Source: Candidatus Brocadiia bacterium
Lineage (GTDB): Bacteria > Planctomycetota > Brocadiia > CAIUPP01
Length of the DNA stretch: 64,000 bases
Direction: 5' to 3'
NCBI GenBank assembly: GCA_050015075.1
Contig: JBEKCB010000012.1
Span: forward strand, 1-64,000
Shown here: piece by piece, positions 26,700 through 35,642 of the stretch
How the letters are laid out: each line of letters begins with the position of its first letter
How positions within the stretch are numbered: the stretch's first letter is position 1
Program-made: the position numbers and the translations under genes
The notes under the pieces: model-generated
What the model was told of the DNA's origin: nothing
The model's input: the letters and a program-made list of their open reading frames with translations, nothing else
Database searches by the model: none

Positions 26700-27977
26700 A
26701 TGCCTGCGATTTCCTCTCGCGACGCCTTCGGCGCCGAGAAACTCTATCAACTGAGCGACCTGCGAAAGCGGCCTGTGTACCACAATGACCAGAAGATTGG
26801 CTGGCTGGCCGACCTGGTGATCGAGGACAAGGACATCGTTGCGGAGGTCACGCACGTGTGCGTCGGCCGGCCCTTCGGAAATCCGCCGTACTACGTTCCG
26901 TGGGTGAACGTGAAGTCGTTCTCGCCCGAAGGCGTGATCCTCGACGCGGCGGCGGACCTCCGGTCGTTCAGCGCCGCCCCTGCAGGCGCCGTGCTGCTGA
27001 ACGATTACATCGTGGACAAGAAGGTGCTGGACGTCGAGGGGCGTGAAGTGGAGGTCGTCTACGACGTCACGCTGGCGATCATTCGCATCCACCTCTACGT
27101 GATCGCCGTGGACTTCAGCCGGTACAGCCTGCTCCGCCGTCTCGGCTTCGGATGGCTGGCCAGGTCCATGCGCGGCGTACAGCAACAGGCGGGTTCGCAG
27201 ACCGTCGCGTGGAACCTGGTCGAACCGCTGCCGCACCAGCTCGGCAGCTTCGTCGGGGACATCAAGCTCAAGCTCCTCAAGGAAGAGCTGGCCAAGATGC
27301 CGCCGGTGGATATGGCGCGGGTGCTGGAGGAGCTGAGCCACGATCAGCGGCTGGCCATCCTCGAGGGACTCGAACCCGACAGCGCCTCGGAGGCCCTGGA
27401 GGAGCTCGATCCGAAGACCCAGCGGGAGTTGATCCCCTTCATGCCCAAGGGCAAAGCCGCGCGGCTGATTGACGCCATGACGCCCGGCCAGGCGGCGGAC
27501 GTGCTGGCGGCGCTTCCGGCCTCGGCAGCCCGCGCGATCCTGGAGTTGATGGAGCCGCACAAGTCCGGCCGTGTCCAGGCCATCCTCGATGAACACGAGG
27601 CGCTGATCTCCGACTACCTCGTGCCGGAGTTCGTGAAGCTGACGCCCGAAATCTCCGTGCTGGAGACGCGCAGGCGCTGCCAGCAAACCCGCACGCGCGA
27701 CGCCGCCCAGTGCATCTTCGTCGTGGATGCCGAGGACCGGGTGATCGGCGTCGCCGACGCCATTGACCTCCTGCGCGCCGCCGATGAAACCCTGCTGAAA
27801 GACATCATGAAGAAAAACGTGGTGACTCTCGACCGCGACGGCACGCTGCGGGACGCCTCCGAAGCCTTCGCGCGCTACGGCTTTCACATCCTTCCGGTCA
27901 CCGACCCGCAACGCAAACTCCTCGGCATCGTGCCTTACCGCGACGTCATGAACCTGAAGCATCGCTACCTCGCGTAG
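26700..27977 (+). CDS. Soluble MgtE N-terminal/CBS-domain protein with PRC-barrel-like N-terminus
   Basis: KVLDVEGREV; MPPVDMARVLEEL and AADVL repeats; CBS pair; no TM domain. Confidence 0.85.
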   Translation: MPAISSRDAFGAEKLYQLSDLRKRPVYHNDQKIGWLADLVIEDKDIVAEVTHVCVGRPFGNPPYYVPWVNVKSFSPEGVILDAAADLRSFSAAPAGAVLLNDYIVDKKVLDVEGREVEVVYDVTLAIIRIHLYVIAVDFSRYSLLRRLGFGWLARSMRGVQQQAGSQTVAWNLVEPLPHQLGSFVGDIKLKLLKEELAKMPPVDMARVLEELSHDQRLAILEGLEPDSASEALEELDPKTQRELIPFMPKGKAARLIDAMTPGQAADVLAALPASAARAILELMEPHKSGRVQAILDEHEALISDYLVPEFVKLTPEISVLETRRRCQQTRTRDAAQCIFVVDAEDRVIGVADAIDLLRAADETLLKDIMKKNVVTLDRDGTLRDASEAFARYGFHILPVTDPQRKLLGIVPYRDVMNLKHRYLA

Positions 27978-28036
27978 CGCGGAGAGCGGTCGCAACCGCC
28001 GCTGATTATACGGTCCACATTCTAAAGGCATCCGCG

Positions 28037-29737
28037 ATGAATAACCGCAACTTCTTCCCCATGCTCGTGGCCGCGACCTTCCTTGCGGCGTTCGCTTCAC
28101 ATCAGGCGCTCGCCGACGAAGCGACCGTCCAGGTGGTGGCCAGCGGAATCGGCGTGGACGCCAACAAGGCGCTGAAGAGCGCCTTCTCGAACGCCATCCA
28201 GCAGGCGGTCGGACTGGTCGCAGACGCGGACACGATCGTGAAAAACGACCAGGTCATCCGGGACCAAGTCCTGGCCCGCAGCGACGCGTACATCGAGAAG
28301 TACGACATCGTCAGCCAGGAAAAGAATCCGGACGGCCTCGTGGAGGTAAAAATCAAGGCGACGGTCAGGCGCCGGCAACTGGCCGAGAAGCTCGTCGAGG
28401 CAAAAGTCCTGGCGAAGCTGGAGCCTTCCGCACCTGTCGCACCCTCCGCGCCTGTCGCGCCCGCAGAAACAGCGGCTGCGCCGCCGCCGAACAATCCGGC
28501 GACCGAGAACTACACGGTCCACGCCCAAGGCACCTACATTGCGCAGAAACACGACCACTTTACTTCGCCCTATTCCGGCCCGAACAGCCTGAAACGCGAC
28601 GAGCCGGAGGCCGATTCGGTGACCGCAACGCTCTTTACCGGAGTCCGCATGCCGTGGGAAGGCGGCGCAATCTATTTCGATCCGGAGATGTCCGGCGGCC
28701 AAGGCCTCAGCGGCGTGTCGGGGCTTGGTGATCCCTCCAACGGCGAGATCGAGCGGGTCAGCACACCGACGCCCGAGGCCTATATCGCCCGGCTCTATTA
28801 CCAGCAGGTTTTCGGCTTGGGCGGCGACAGAGAACAGGTCACGTCCGATCAAAACCAATTGGCCGGTTCGCGCGACGTCTCGAGGATCACGCTGTCTGCG
28901 GGCATATTTTCCGCCACCGACTTCTTCGACAACAATACGTACGCGCACGATCCGCGCAACCAGTTCATGAACTGGGGGCTGATCACCAACACCGCGTGGG
29001 ACTATCCCGCCGATACCCGCGGGTATACGAATGGCGTGGTGATAGAGCTGAACCAGCCGGCATGGGCGCTCCGCTACGGCGTTTTCACCGAGCCCGATGC
29101 CTCCAACGGGCCGCACTTCGACTGGCATCTGCCCGAGGCGGTCGGCCAGGCCCTGGAGCTGGAAGAGCGCTGGAGTATCGAGAACCGTCCGGGCGTCGTC
29201 CGCCTGCTCAGCTACCTCAACAGCGCGGACATGGGAGTCTACCAGAAGGCCACGGAGCATCCCGGCCCCAACGGGCCCGACGTGACGGCCACGCGCGGCT
29301 ATCACATCAAGTATGGTTTCGGCCTCAACGGGGAGCAGGCTCTGACGGACGATCTCGGCGCTTTCTGCCGCCTCGGCTGGAACGACGGCCACACGGAGAC
29401 GTGGGCGTACACGGAGGTTGACGAGACGGCCAGCGTGGGCCTGAGCCTCAAAGGCAACCGCTGGGGAAGGCCGAACGACGTGGTCGGCGTCGCGGGCGTG
29501 ATCAGCGGACTTTCCAGCCAGCACCGGGAATACCTGGAGGCGGGCGGCCTGGGATTCGAGCTCGGGGACGGCAGGATATCCTACTCGCCGGAGGAGGTGG
29601 TCGAGGTCTACTACGACTGGAAGGTGGTGGACCACGTGTCCGTGACGCCTGACTTCCAATTCGTGAATAATCCTGCGTATAATGCCGACCGCGGACCGGT
29701 CTCGATCTTTGGACTCCGGGTGCATGTCGAGTTCTAA
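28037..29737 (+). CDS. OprB-family outer-membrane porin (MnoP-like) with an extra N-terminal FlgT_N/LPP20-like domain
   Basis: FTSPYSGPNSL, DFFDNNTYAHDPRNQFMNW, AWDYPADTRGY and NPAYNADRGP; terminal Phe; signal peptide. Confidence 0.85.
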   Translation: MNNRNFFPMLVAATFLAAFASHQALADEATVQVVASGIGVDANKALKSAFSNAIQQAVGLVADADTIVKNDQVIRDQVLARSDAYIEKYDIVSQEKNPDGLVEVKIKATVRRRQLAEKLVEAKVLAKLEPSAPVAPSAPVAPAETAAAPPPNNPATENYTVHAQGTYIAQKHDHFTSPYSGPNSLKRDEPEADSVTATLFTGVRMPWEGGAIYFDPEMSGGQGLSGVSGLGDPSNGEIERVSTPTPEAYIARLYYQQVFGLGGDREQVTSDQNQLAGSRDVSRITLSAGIFSATDFFDNNTYAHDPRNQFMNWGLITNTAWDYPADTRGYTNGVVIELNQPAWALRYGVFTEPDASNGPHFDWHLPEAVGQALELEERWSIENRPGVVRLLSYLNSADMGVYQKATEHPGPNGPDVTATRGYHIKYGFGLNGEQALTDDLGAFCRLGWNDGHTETWAYTEVDETASVGLSLKGNRWGRPNDVVGVAGVISGLSSQHREYLEAGGLGFELGDGRISYSPEEVVEVYYDWKVVDHVSVTPDFQFVNNPAYNADRGPVSIFGLRVHVEF

Positions 29738-29751
29738 AAGAAAGCGGCGCG

Positions 29752-30625
29752 ATGCGCAGTCTGCTTCTGGTTGCCTTGATCGTTCCCCTGTGGATCGTGC
29801 CCGCATACTCGGCGGAGGACACAACCGCGCTGATAGGCGGAGCGGAACAGGAAGCGGCGTGTTGCCCCGAGCATAAAAAGCTCAACACCCCGGATGCCGA
29901 TCCTGTGGAAGTGGGCTACTTTGAGATTGAATCTTCCTACATATTCACAGACATCCGGCGTTTCTGGGACAGCTCTGGGCACGAACACACTCAGCCGATG
30001 GCGCGCGACAGCGCCGCAGCGTTGTCGGTGGGCGCCGGCATTGTGCAAGATCTCGACTTCCACTTGACCAGCTCTTATCAGTGGGTCAGGGACGAGGCGA
30101 CCCGTTTCGATGACGAGGGCCCGACGACCTGAATGTCAACCTGCGATATCGCTTCGTAAACGACGCGGAAAGCCATTTGTCCATCGCGTACATCGGGGGT
30201 GTGACCGCGCCCATGGGCAGTCCCGCCCTCGAAAAGGAATACGAGCTGATCTCGACGAGCCAGGAGTATTGGAGCGTGAACAACACGCTGGTCCTCAACA
30301 AGGACTGGGGACACTGGACAACGGGCGCGGACATCGGCTACTCTCAGGCGCTCGGGGGCGACGCGAGCACGTGATCGGCGTGCTGAACGGCGACGCGGCC
30401 CTGGGATATCACGTCCTTCCGTGGCTGCAGCCGGAAGTCGAACTGAATTACGCGCACGAATTCACCGAGCACATTTCGGACCAGGACCTGATCTCCGCAA
30501 CGGTCGGCGTGGTGATGCCCCTCAAGGATTGCGTTCAACTCATGGTCGGCGTGCAAGAGGGGCTGTGGGGGCGGAACACGGTTGAAGCGACGACCTATCG
30601 CGTACAACTCGAATGGACGTTCTAG
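29752..30625 (+). pseudogene. Frameshifted outer-membrane beta-barrel protein (MetA-pathway/transporter-like)
   Basis: Coding sense passes through three frames, with breaks near 30122 and 30365; signal peptide at the start and ...QLEWTF beta-signal at the end. Confidence 0.7.
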
Positions 30626-30767
30626 TGTTTAGTTGCGTAAATTGGCGTACCAATTTACGCAACTAAACACGGCCCAACGGAACTCATAACTCGGTATAAC
30701 GACGCGGTTTATTGCGGTCATGCTTCCTTGCGGAAATAGGACGCCTATTTCCGCAAGGAAGCACTAG
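30622..30767. repeat. Twin perfect hairpin element bounded by CTAGTG/CACTAG
   Basis: 21-bp stem at 30625-30670 and 20-bp stem at 30721-30763, between convergent genes. Confidence 0.85.
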
Positions 30768-30778
30768 CCTGAGCCTGC

Positions 30779-32248
30779 TCAGTCCGTAACCACGACGCTG
30801 TCAATGCCGAGGACCTCGGCGATTTTGCTCAGTTCCCGCGCGCGCCGCTCCACGCCCAGCGCAAAGTGGTGCGTCGGGCCCTCGGCAACCCACCGGCGCA
30901 GGAACGTTCGCACGTCCGGCTCGAAGCGCCCATGCGTGTTCGTGTTCCCCGTCGGCGGGATCGGGCCGGCCACCGACTCGCCTTCCGCGATGACGAACTT
31001 GAAGTGGCCGTCGGCTTTCACCCCGATGCTCAGCAGCGTGATCGGCCCGGTCCGTATGCTGAACTCCACGCTCGCGCCGGAGCCGGGTTTGCCGTGGTAC
31101 TTCTTAAGGCTCCGCAGCACCGGCTTGCGGTCGGCGATGTTCATGTGATGCGGGCCGTCGTGCCCGACGAGAACGGTGCCGCGCTCGAAGTCTATGGGAT
31201 GGAACTCGGCGAAACTGCCGCCCATCTCCAGCCGGTCCATGATCAGCATGGCGATGCAGGTCTTGATGTCGTACTCGCCGCACATCGGGAAGCCCGCCGA
31301 GGTGAGCAGCGAATTGCCGACGATCAGGTTGCTCACCAGAGTCCGCATCGCCGAACCTTCCTCCGCCTCGTAGTAGTAAGCCAACCCGTCGAGATGTTTC
31401 TCCGCGATCATCCGTTCAAGCGCCACGGACGCGCGCGCCGCATGGTCGAGGTCCGCCTCGGTCAGCCGGCTCGTAATCGGGTCGGAAACCGGGTCGGGCG
31501 TATCGAAGAAATCGAGGATTTCGCGTTTCCTGGACCGGACGTCGGCATCGTCGCCGCCCAGGGTCTTGAAATGCTTCATCACGTCATCCGGCTCGATCTG
31601 CGCGACGTGGCATCCGAACGCGGCGGTCAGGGCCGTCGGGTCGGTGTGCATGTCGAGCATCGCTTCGAGGACGTGTCCCATGTGGCCAATGCGCGCCCGC
31701 TTCAAGTCATGAAGCGCCCGGGCGATGCGGCACCATTGCGCGATCTCTGCCTCCGCCGCCGGGTCGTCCTCCATGTGCCCGACGATCACGTCGGGCGCGC
31801 GCTTTCCCATTCGCAGCGCCACGCCGATGAACTCCGGCACGGAGCAGAAGTCGTCATTGCATAGTTGCATGAAGGTCGTGGCCTTCGCGTAGTCCATTGC
31901 GCTCAGCGGCTGCAGGGCCACCAGCACGATCGGCACGTCCAGCGAACGGACCACCGCGCCGAACGTGGAGGAGGTCGCATACGTCACCATGTCTACGAAA
32001 AGCAGGTCCAGGTCTGCCGCCTTGATCCTGGGGACGACCTCGTAGGCCCCTTCGGCGCAGTCCACCAGGCCGAACTCCGTGACGCTGAGGCTCTGCGCCT
32101 GCAACTTCTTCACCAGGTGGGCCAGCTTGCGCCGCATCTCATCGAGCAGCCCGTCGAACTGCTTCCAGTAAGCGTAATGTCCCACGCCGAGCACGCCGAC
32201 GTTGGCGGTCAAGGGCTTGATGCGCGCGGCGGTTTTTCGGGTGTTCAT
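30779..32248 (-). CDS. L-arabinose/L-fucose isomerase family protein
   Basis: YWKQFDGL, CSVPE, CGEYD, GGSFAEF, GHDGP, YHGKPG and GPTHHFALG motifs. Confidence 0.88.
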   Translation of the reverse strand: MNTRKTAARIKPLTANVGVLGVGHYAYWKQFDGLLDEMRRKLAHLVKKLQAQSLSVTEFGLVDCAEGAYEVVPRIKAADLDLLFVDMVTYATSSTFGAVVRSLDVPIVLVALQPLSAMDYAKATTFMQLCNDDFCSVPEFIGVALRMGKRAPDVIVGHMEDDPAAEAEIAQWCRIARALHDLKRARIGHMGHVLEAMLDMHTDPTALTAAFGCHVAQIEPDDVMKHFKTLGGDDADVRSRKREILDFFDTPDPVSDPITSRLTEADLDHAARASVALERMIAEKHLDGLAYYYEAEEGSAMRTLVSNLIVGNSLLTSAGFPMCGEYDIKTCIAMLIMDRLEMGGSFAEFHPIDFERGTVLVGHDGPHHMNIADRKPVLRSLKKYHGKPGSGASVEFSIRTGPITLLSIGVKADGHFKFVIAEGESVAGPIPPTGNTNTHGRFEPDVRTFLRRWVAEGPTHHFALGVERRARELSKIAEVLGIDSVVVTD

Positions 32249-32262
32249 AAAGACATCCTATT

Positions 32263-32419
32263 GTGGTGTCCCAGTAAAAAATTGCATAATGCGCGGTCAT
32301 TCTGAGCGAAGCGAAGAATCTCATACGCCGCGCTTCGGCAATGGTTTAAGGTGTGAGATGCTTCGCTGCGCTCAGCATGACACGGGCTGGACTCATGCAT
32401 TTTATTTCCGGGACAGCAC
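32263..32419. mobile_element. 157-bp MITE carrying a REP-like palindrome
   Basis: 25-bp terminal IRs (20/25 match); internal GTCATTCTGAGCGAAGCGAAGAATCTC / GAGATGCTTCGCTGCGCTCAGCATGAC at 32296-32381. Confidence 0.75.
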
Positions 32420-32420
32420 G

Positions 32421-33218
32421 CTATTGCGATCGTTCGACGGGCTTGAGGCCGCCGAACAGGGCCAGCTCCAAGGCTTTGAAGAAACAATCCACGTCGGCAA
32501 ATCCCGCTTCTCTCAGCCACGCGCACTGGACATCAACGCCCGTCAGGATATTCGCCTGCTTGTCGGCCCGACGGACCCACTCGGCGGCTACGGCTTCTCT
32601 GGACATTCCCTTGCCCAGACGATGCTGATGAGCGTAAAGCGAGTCGATCATGAGTTCCTCGGACAGGCCGTGAGCCCATTCCGAGGCAGAGGCCACGTGC
32701 TCCAGGTTAAGGAACAACCCGCCGGGCTTGAGCAGCTCGAAGACCTGTCTGTAGATGCGCCGCTTCTGCCGGTCCGGCTGATGATGGATGCAGAACCCGG
32801 ACAGCACCAGGTCGAACGGACGCGAAGCTTTCACCGCCTTCGTCCAGGCGGCGTCGCCGAGGTCCGCCAGCAGCAACTGCGACCGCTGCTCCTGGCCATC
32901 CTTGGCTATCGCCTTCCTGGCTAGGTCAAGCATCGGCTGCGAGAAGTCCAGGAACGCGCATCGCGCTTGCGGATACTCCGTCAGCAGCATTCTTCCCAGC
33001 ACGCCGTCGCCGCAGCCGAGATCGAGAACGGTTTGGACCTTCGGCACGAGGCGCCGAACGATGCGGAGGATCAGGTCCAATTGCTCCTGGGCCAGCGGAA
33101 TGCCGCCGCGAACAAAACTCGTGAAGAGTTCGGCCAGTTCGGCTTGCTGCCAGGCGGTGTCGGGCCGCTTCATGGTGAATGCGTTTGCCTCACCCGGAGA
33201 TGCTTCTTCGCGCGCCAC
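32421..33218 (-). CDS. Class I SAM-dependent methyltransferase (CmoA-like)
   Basis: VLDLGCGDG, DFSQPML, FDLVLSGFCIHH and LKPGG; alternative start at 33173. Confidence 0.88.
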   Translation of the reverse strand: MAREEASPGEANAFTMKRPDTAWQQAELAELFTSFVRGGIPLAQEQLDLILRIVRRLVPKVQTVLDLGCGDGVLGRMLLTEYPQARCAFLDFSQPMLDLARKAIAKDGQEQRSQLLLADLGDAAWTKAVKASRPFDLVLSGFCIHHQPDRQKRRIYRQVFELLKPGGLFLNLEHVASASEWAHGLSEELMIDSLYAHQHRLGKGMSREAVAAEWVRRADKQANILTGVDVQCAWLREAGFADVDCFFKALELALFGGLKPVERSQ

Positions 33219-33785
33219 TCATCCTTTCGGCTTGGCCAGTTGCTGCGCGAGCCAGTCGCCGGTGACGCGCAGGACGCCGAGCTTCATCTCCAGGTTCTGG
33301 CGCCGGACCGGGACCACGTCGAGCGGGTCCATGGTGGCCTGGCTCAGCACCTTGTCGAGGCTCACCGCGCACGAAGGCGCGCCGCCGCCCCCGCCGCCCG
33401 CCACGCAGATGCCGATCGCCGCTTTCCCCTCGATGCCCTTCTTCCCATCCGCGTGCCGGGCGATGCGCCGGAGCCGGTCGAGGAAGGCCCTGATGCTCTC
33501 GCTGAGGTCGCCGAAGTAAACCGGCGTGGCGAAGATCGCCGCGTCGGCCGACCGGATCTGCGCGACGAGCGCGGCGAAATCGTCCTCGATGATGCAGCGC
33601 CCTTCCGATCGGCAGAGGCCCCAGCCCGCCTCGTCGCATTGCCGGCACCGCTCGATCTTCATCGCCGGCAGGTACACCCGCTTCACCTCGACGCCCCGCC
33701 CGGCCAGCGCCTTGAGCAGCGAGTCGGCCGCGCGCGCGGTCTGGCCTTCCGGGTTCCTGCTCCCAAGGATTCCAACGACCTTCAT
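33219..33785 (-). CDS. Iron-sulfur flavoprotein / NADPH-dependent FMN reductase family
   Basis: GSRNPEGQT, CRQC...C...C, DDF and ATPVYFG; GGAGG RBS. Confidence 0.88.
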   Translation of the reverse strand: MKVVGILGSRNPEGQTARAADSLLKALAGRGVEVKRVYLPAMKIERCRQCDEAGWGLCRSEGRCIIEDDFAALVAQIRSADAAIFATPVYFGDLSESIRAFLDRLRRIARHADGKKGIEGKAAIGICVAGGGGGGAPSCAVSLDKVLSQATMDPLDVVPVRRQNLEMKLGVLRVTGDWLAQQLAKPKG

Positions 33786-33852
33786 GGCTTCCACCTCCTG
33801 TTATGTGCGGTACGGCCCGGCCTCCACGCGACGGCCGGACATCAAGTCTCAT

Positions 33853-33881
33853 ATTCTGACGAGAGCGGTTGCCTCCGTCAA
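33853..33881 (-). promoter_or_regulatory. Candidate sigma70 promoter
   Basis: Minus strand TTGACG-17 nt-CAGAAT. Confidence 0.5.
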
Positions 33882-33995
33882 GCAATTTTCGACGGTCCGC
33901 CGGTCTCTTGACGCCCCGCATTGTAGCGGCGTATATAGTAGTCGGCTGCAAGTAGATCGCGGACGCATTTACGCTCATTACCGGAGAAGACATCC

Positions 33996-35054
33996 ATGAC
34001 CTCGAAAGAGCGCGTGCTGGCGGGCGTGAACCATCGCGCCACGGACCGCATTCCCATTACGTTCGACGCGGAGAAGGAAGTGTATGCCGCGCTGCACAAT
34101 CGGCTGGGCACGCGCTCCAAGGAGGAACTGTTCGACCGGCTGAACGTGGACACATGGATGATCGGGCCCCGCTCTCCGGAACCCAGGCCGGAAGCCAAGG
34201 CCGATAATGGCGTCTCGATGTGGGGATACCGGACGAAGGACACGGCGTACTCGGGCGGGACGTACAACGAACTGGTCTACAGCCCGCTGGCCGGAAAGAA
34301 CGAACTGAGCGACATCCGGAATCATCCCTGGCCCGGCCCCGACGCGCTGACGTTTACGCATTGCCCGGCGCAGGCCGCCGCCCATGCCGACCGCGCCATC
34401 ATCGGCACATTCACCTGGGGAGCGTATTTCATCGCCACGTTCGTCCGCGGCATAGAAGACCTGATGATGGACTTCGCCATGCGGCGGGAGTACGCCGACT
34501 ACCTGATTCGGACCATTTCCGAGAGGACGCTGATGTACGTGGACAACCTGTTGAAGACCGCCGGCGACGGGGTTGACATCGTGTACATGGCCGACGACTA
34601 CTGCTCCCAACTGGCGCCGATGTTCAGCCCCGCCCTCTTCAAGGAACTGGTCGTCCCGTACCTGCGCGCCACCGCCGACCGCGTCCACGCCAGCGACAAA
34701 AAGCTCCTCCTCCACGTCTGCGGCGCGGTGCGGCCGCTGCTGCCGATGATCCTCGACGCGGGCGTGGACATGCTCGAGCCGATCCAGATTCGCGCGGCGG
34801 GCATGGACCCGGCGGGCTTGAAGAGAGACTTCGGGCGGCGCCTCTGTTTTTACGGCGGCGTTGACCTGCAGCAGATCCTCGTTCACGGGACGCCGCAGGC
34901 GGTCGCGGACGAAGTGAAGCGCCTGATTGACATCCTGGGCGAAGACGGCGGCTACATCCTCGGGCCGGGCCACACGTACATCCAGGTGGACTCGCCGCTG
35001 GAGAATATCCTGGCGATGTACGAGACGGCCGCCGGCTATCGGCGGCGCGGGTAA
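33996..35054 (+). CDS. Uroporphyrinogen decarboxylase (URO-D/MtaA) family protein
   Basis: MTSKERV, DRIP, ADDY, LHVCG, EPIQ, FYGGVD and GGYIL motifs. Confidence 0.9.
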   Translation: MTSKERVLAGVNHRATDRIPITFDAEKEVYAALHNRLGTRSKEELFDRLNVDTWMIGPRSPEPRPEAKADNGVSMWGYRTKDTAYSGGTYNELVYSPLAGKNELSDIRNHPWPGPDALTFTHCPAQAAAHADRAIIGTFTWGAYFIATFVRGIEDLMMDFAMRREYADYLIRTISERTLMYVDNLLKTAGDGVDIVYMADDYCSQLAPMFSPALFKELVVPYLRATADRVHASDKKLLLHVCGAVRPLLPMILDAGVDMLEPIQIRAAGMDPAGLKRDFGRRLCFYGGVDLQQILVHGTPQAVADEVKRLIDILGEDGGYILGPGHTYIQVDSPLENILAMYETAAGYRRRG

Positions 35055-35145
35055 GGGAATTTTGCATCTGGACTTGGCGGCGCGCGAGGGTTATATTGAA
35101 CCGTGACGGTGCGCTCGCCGGAAAAGTTTCAGTGGAGGCGTCTCC

Positions 35146-35637
35146 ATGGACGCGACGATCAACTTCACGGTGAACGGCCGGCAGCGGACCGTCACCGTGG
35201 ATCCCCAGCGGCCGCTGCTGGACGTGCTGCGCGAAGAGCTGCAATTGACCGGGACCAAGTATGGCTGCGGCGAGGGGCGCTGCGGCGCCTGCACCGTCCT
35301 GGTTGACGGCAAGCGCGTCCGGTCCTGCATCACGCCGGCGGCGAGCGTCGCGGGCAAGGAAGTCCTCACCATCGAGGGCCTCGCGCCTTCCAAGCCGCCG
35401 TCGGCGACTGAAGGCGCCGCTCTCCATCCCGTCCAGGCGGCGTTCCTGGCCGAGCGCGCCTTCCAGTGCGGCTACTGCACTCCCGGCATGATCATGACCA
35501 CCGTGGCCCTGCTCCAGGAGACTCCTCACCCGACCGACGAGCAGATTCTGACCGCCGTCAACGGGAACCTCTGCCGCTGCTGCGACTATCCCAGGATCCT
35601 CAAGGCGGTGCACCGCGCCGCCGAAGCAGGAGGGTGA
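35146..35637 (+). CDS. (2Fe-2S) small subunit of a molybdo-oxidoreductase (IorA/CoxS-like)
   Basis: GCGEGRCGACTV, FQCGYCTPG and GNLCRC motifs. Confidence 0.95.
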   Translation: MDATINFTVNGRQRTVTVDPQRPLLDVLREELQLTGTKYGCGEGRCGACTVLVDGKRVRSCITPAASVAGKEVLTIEGLAPSKPPSATEGAALHPVQAAFLAERAFQCGYCTPGMIMTTVALLQETPHPTDEQILTAVNGNLCRCCDYPRILKAVHRAAEAGG

Positions 35638-35642
35638 ACCTC

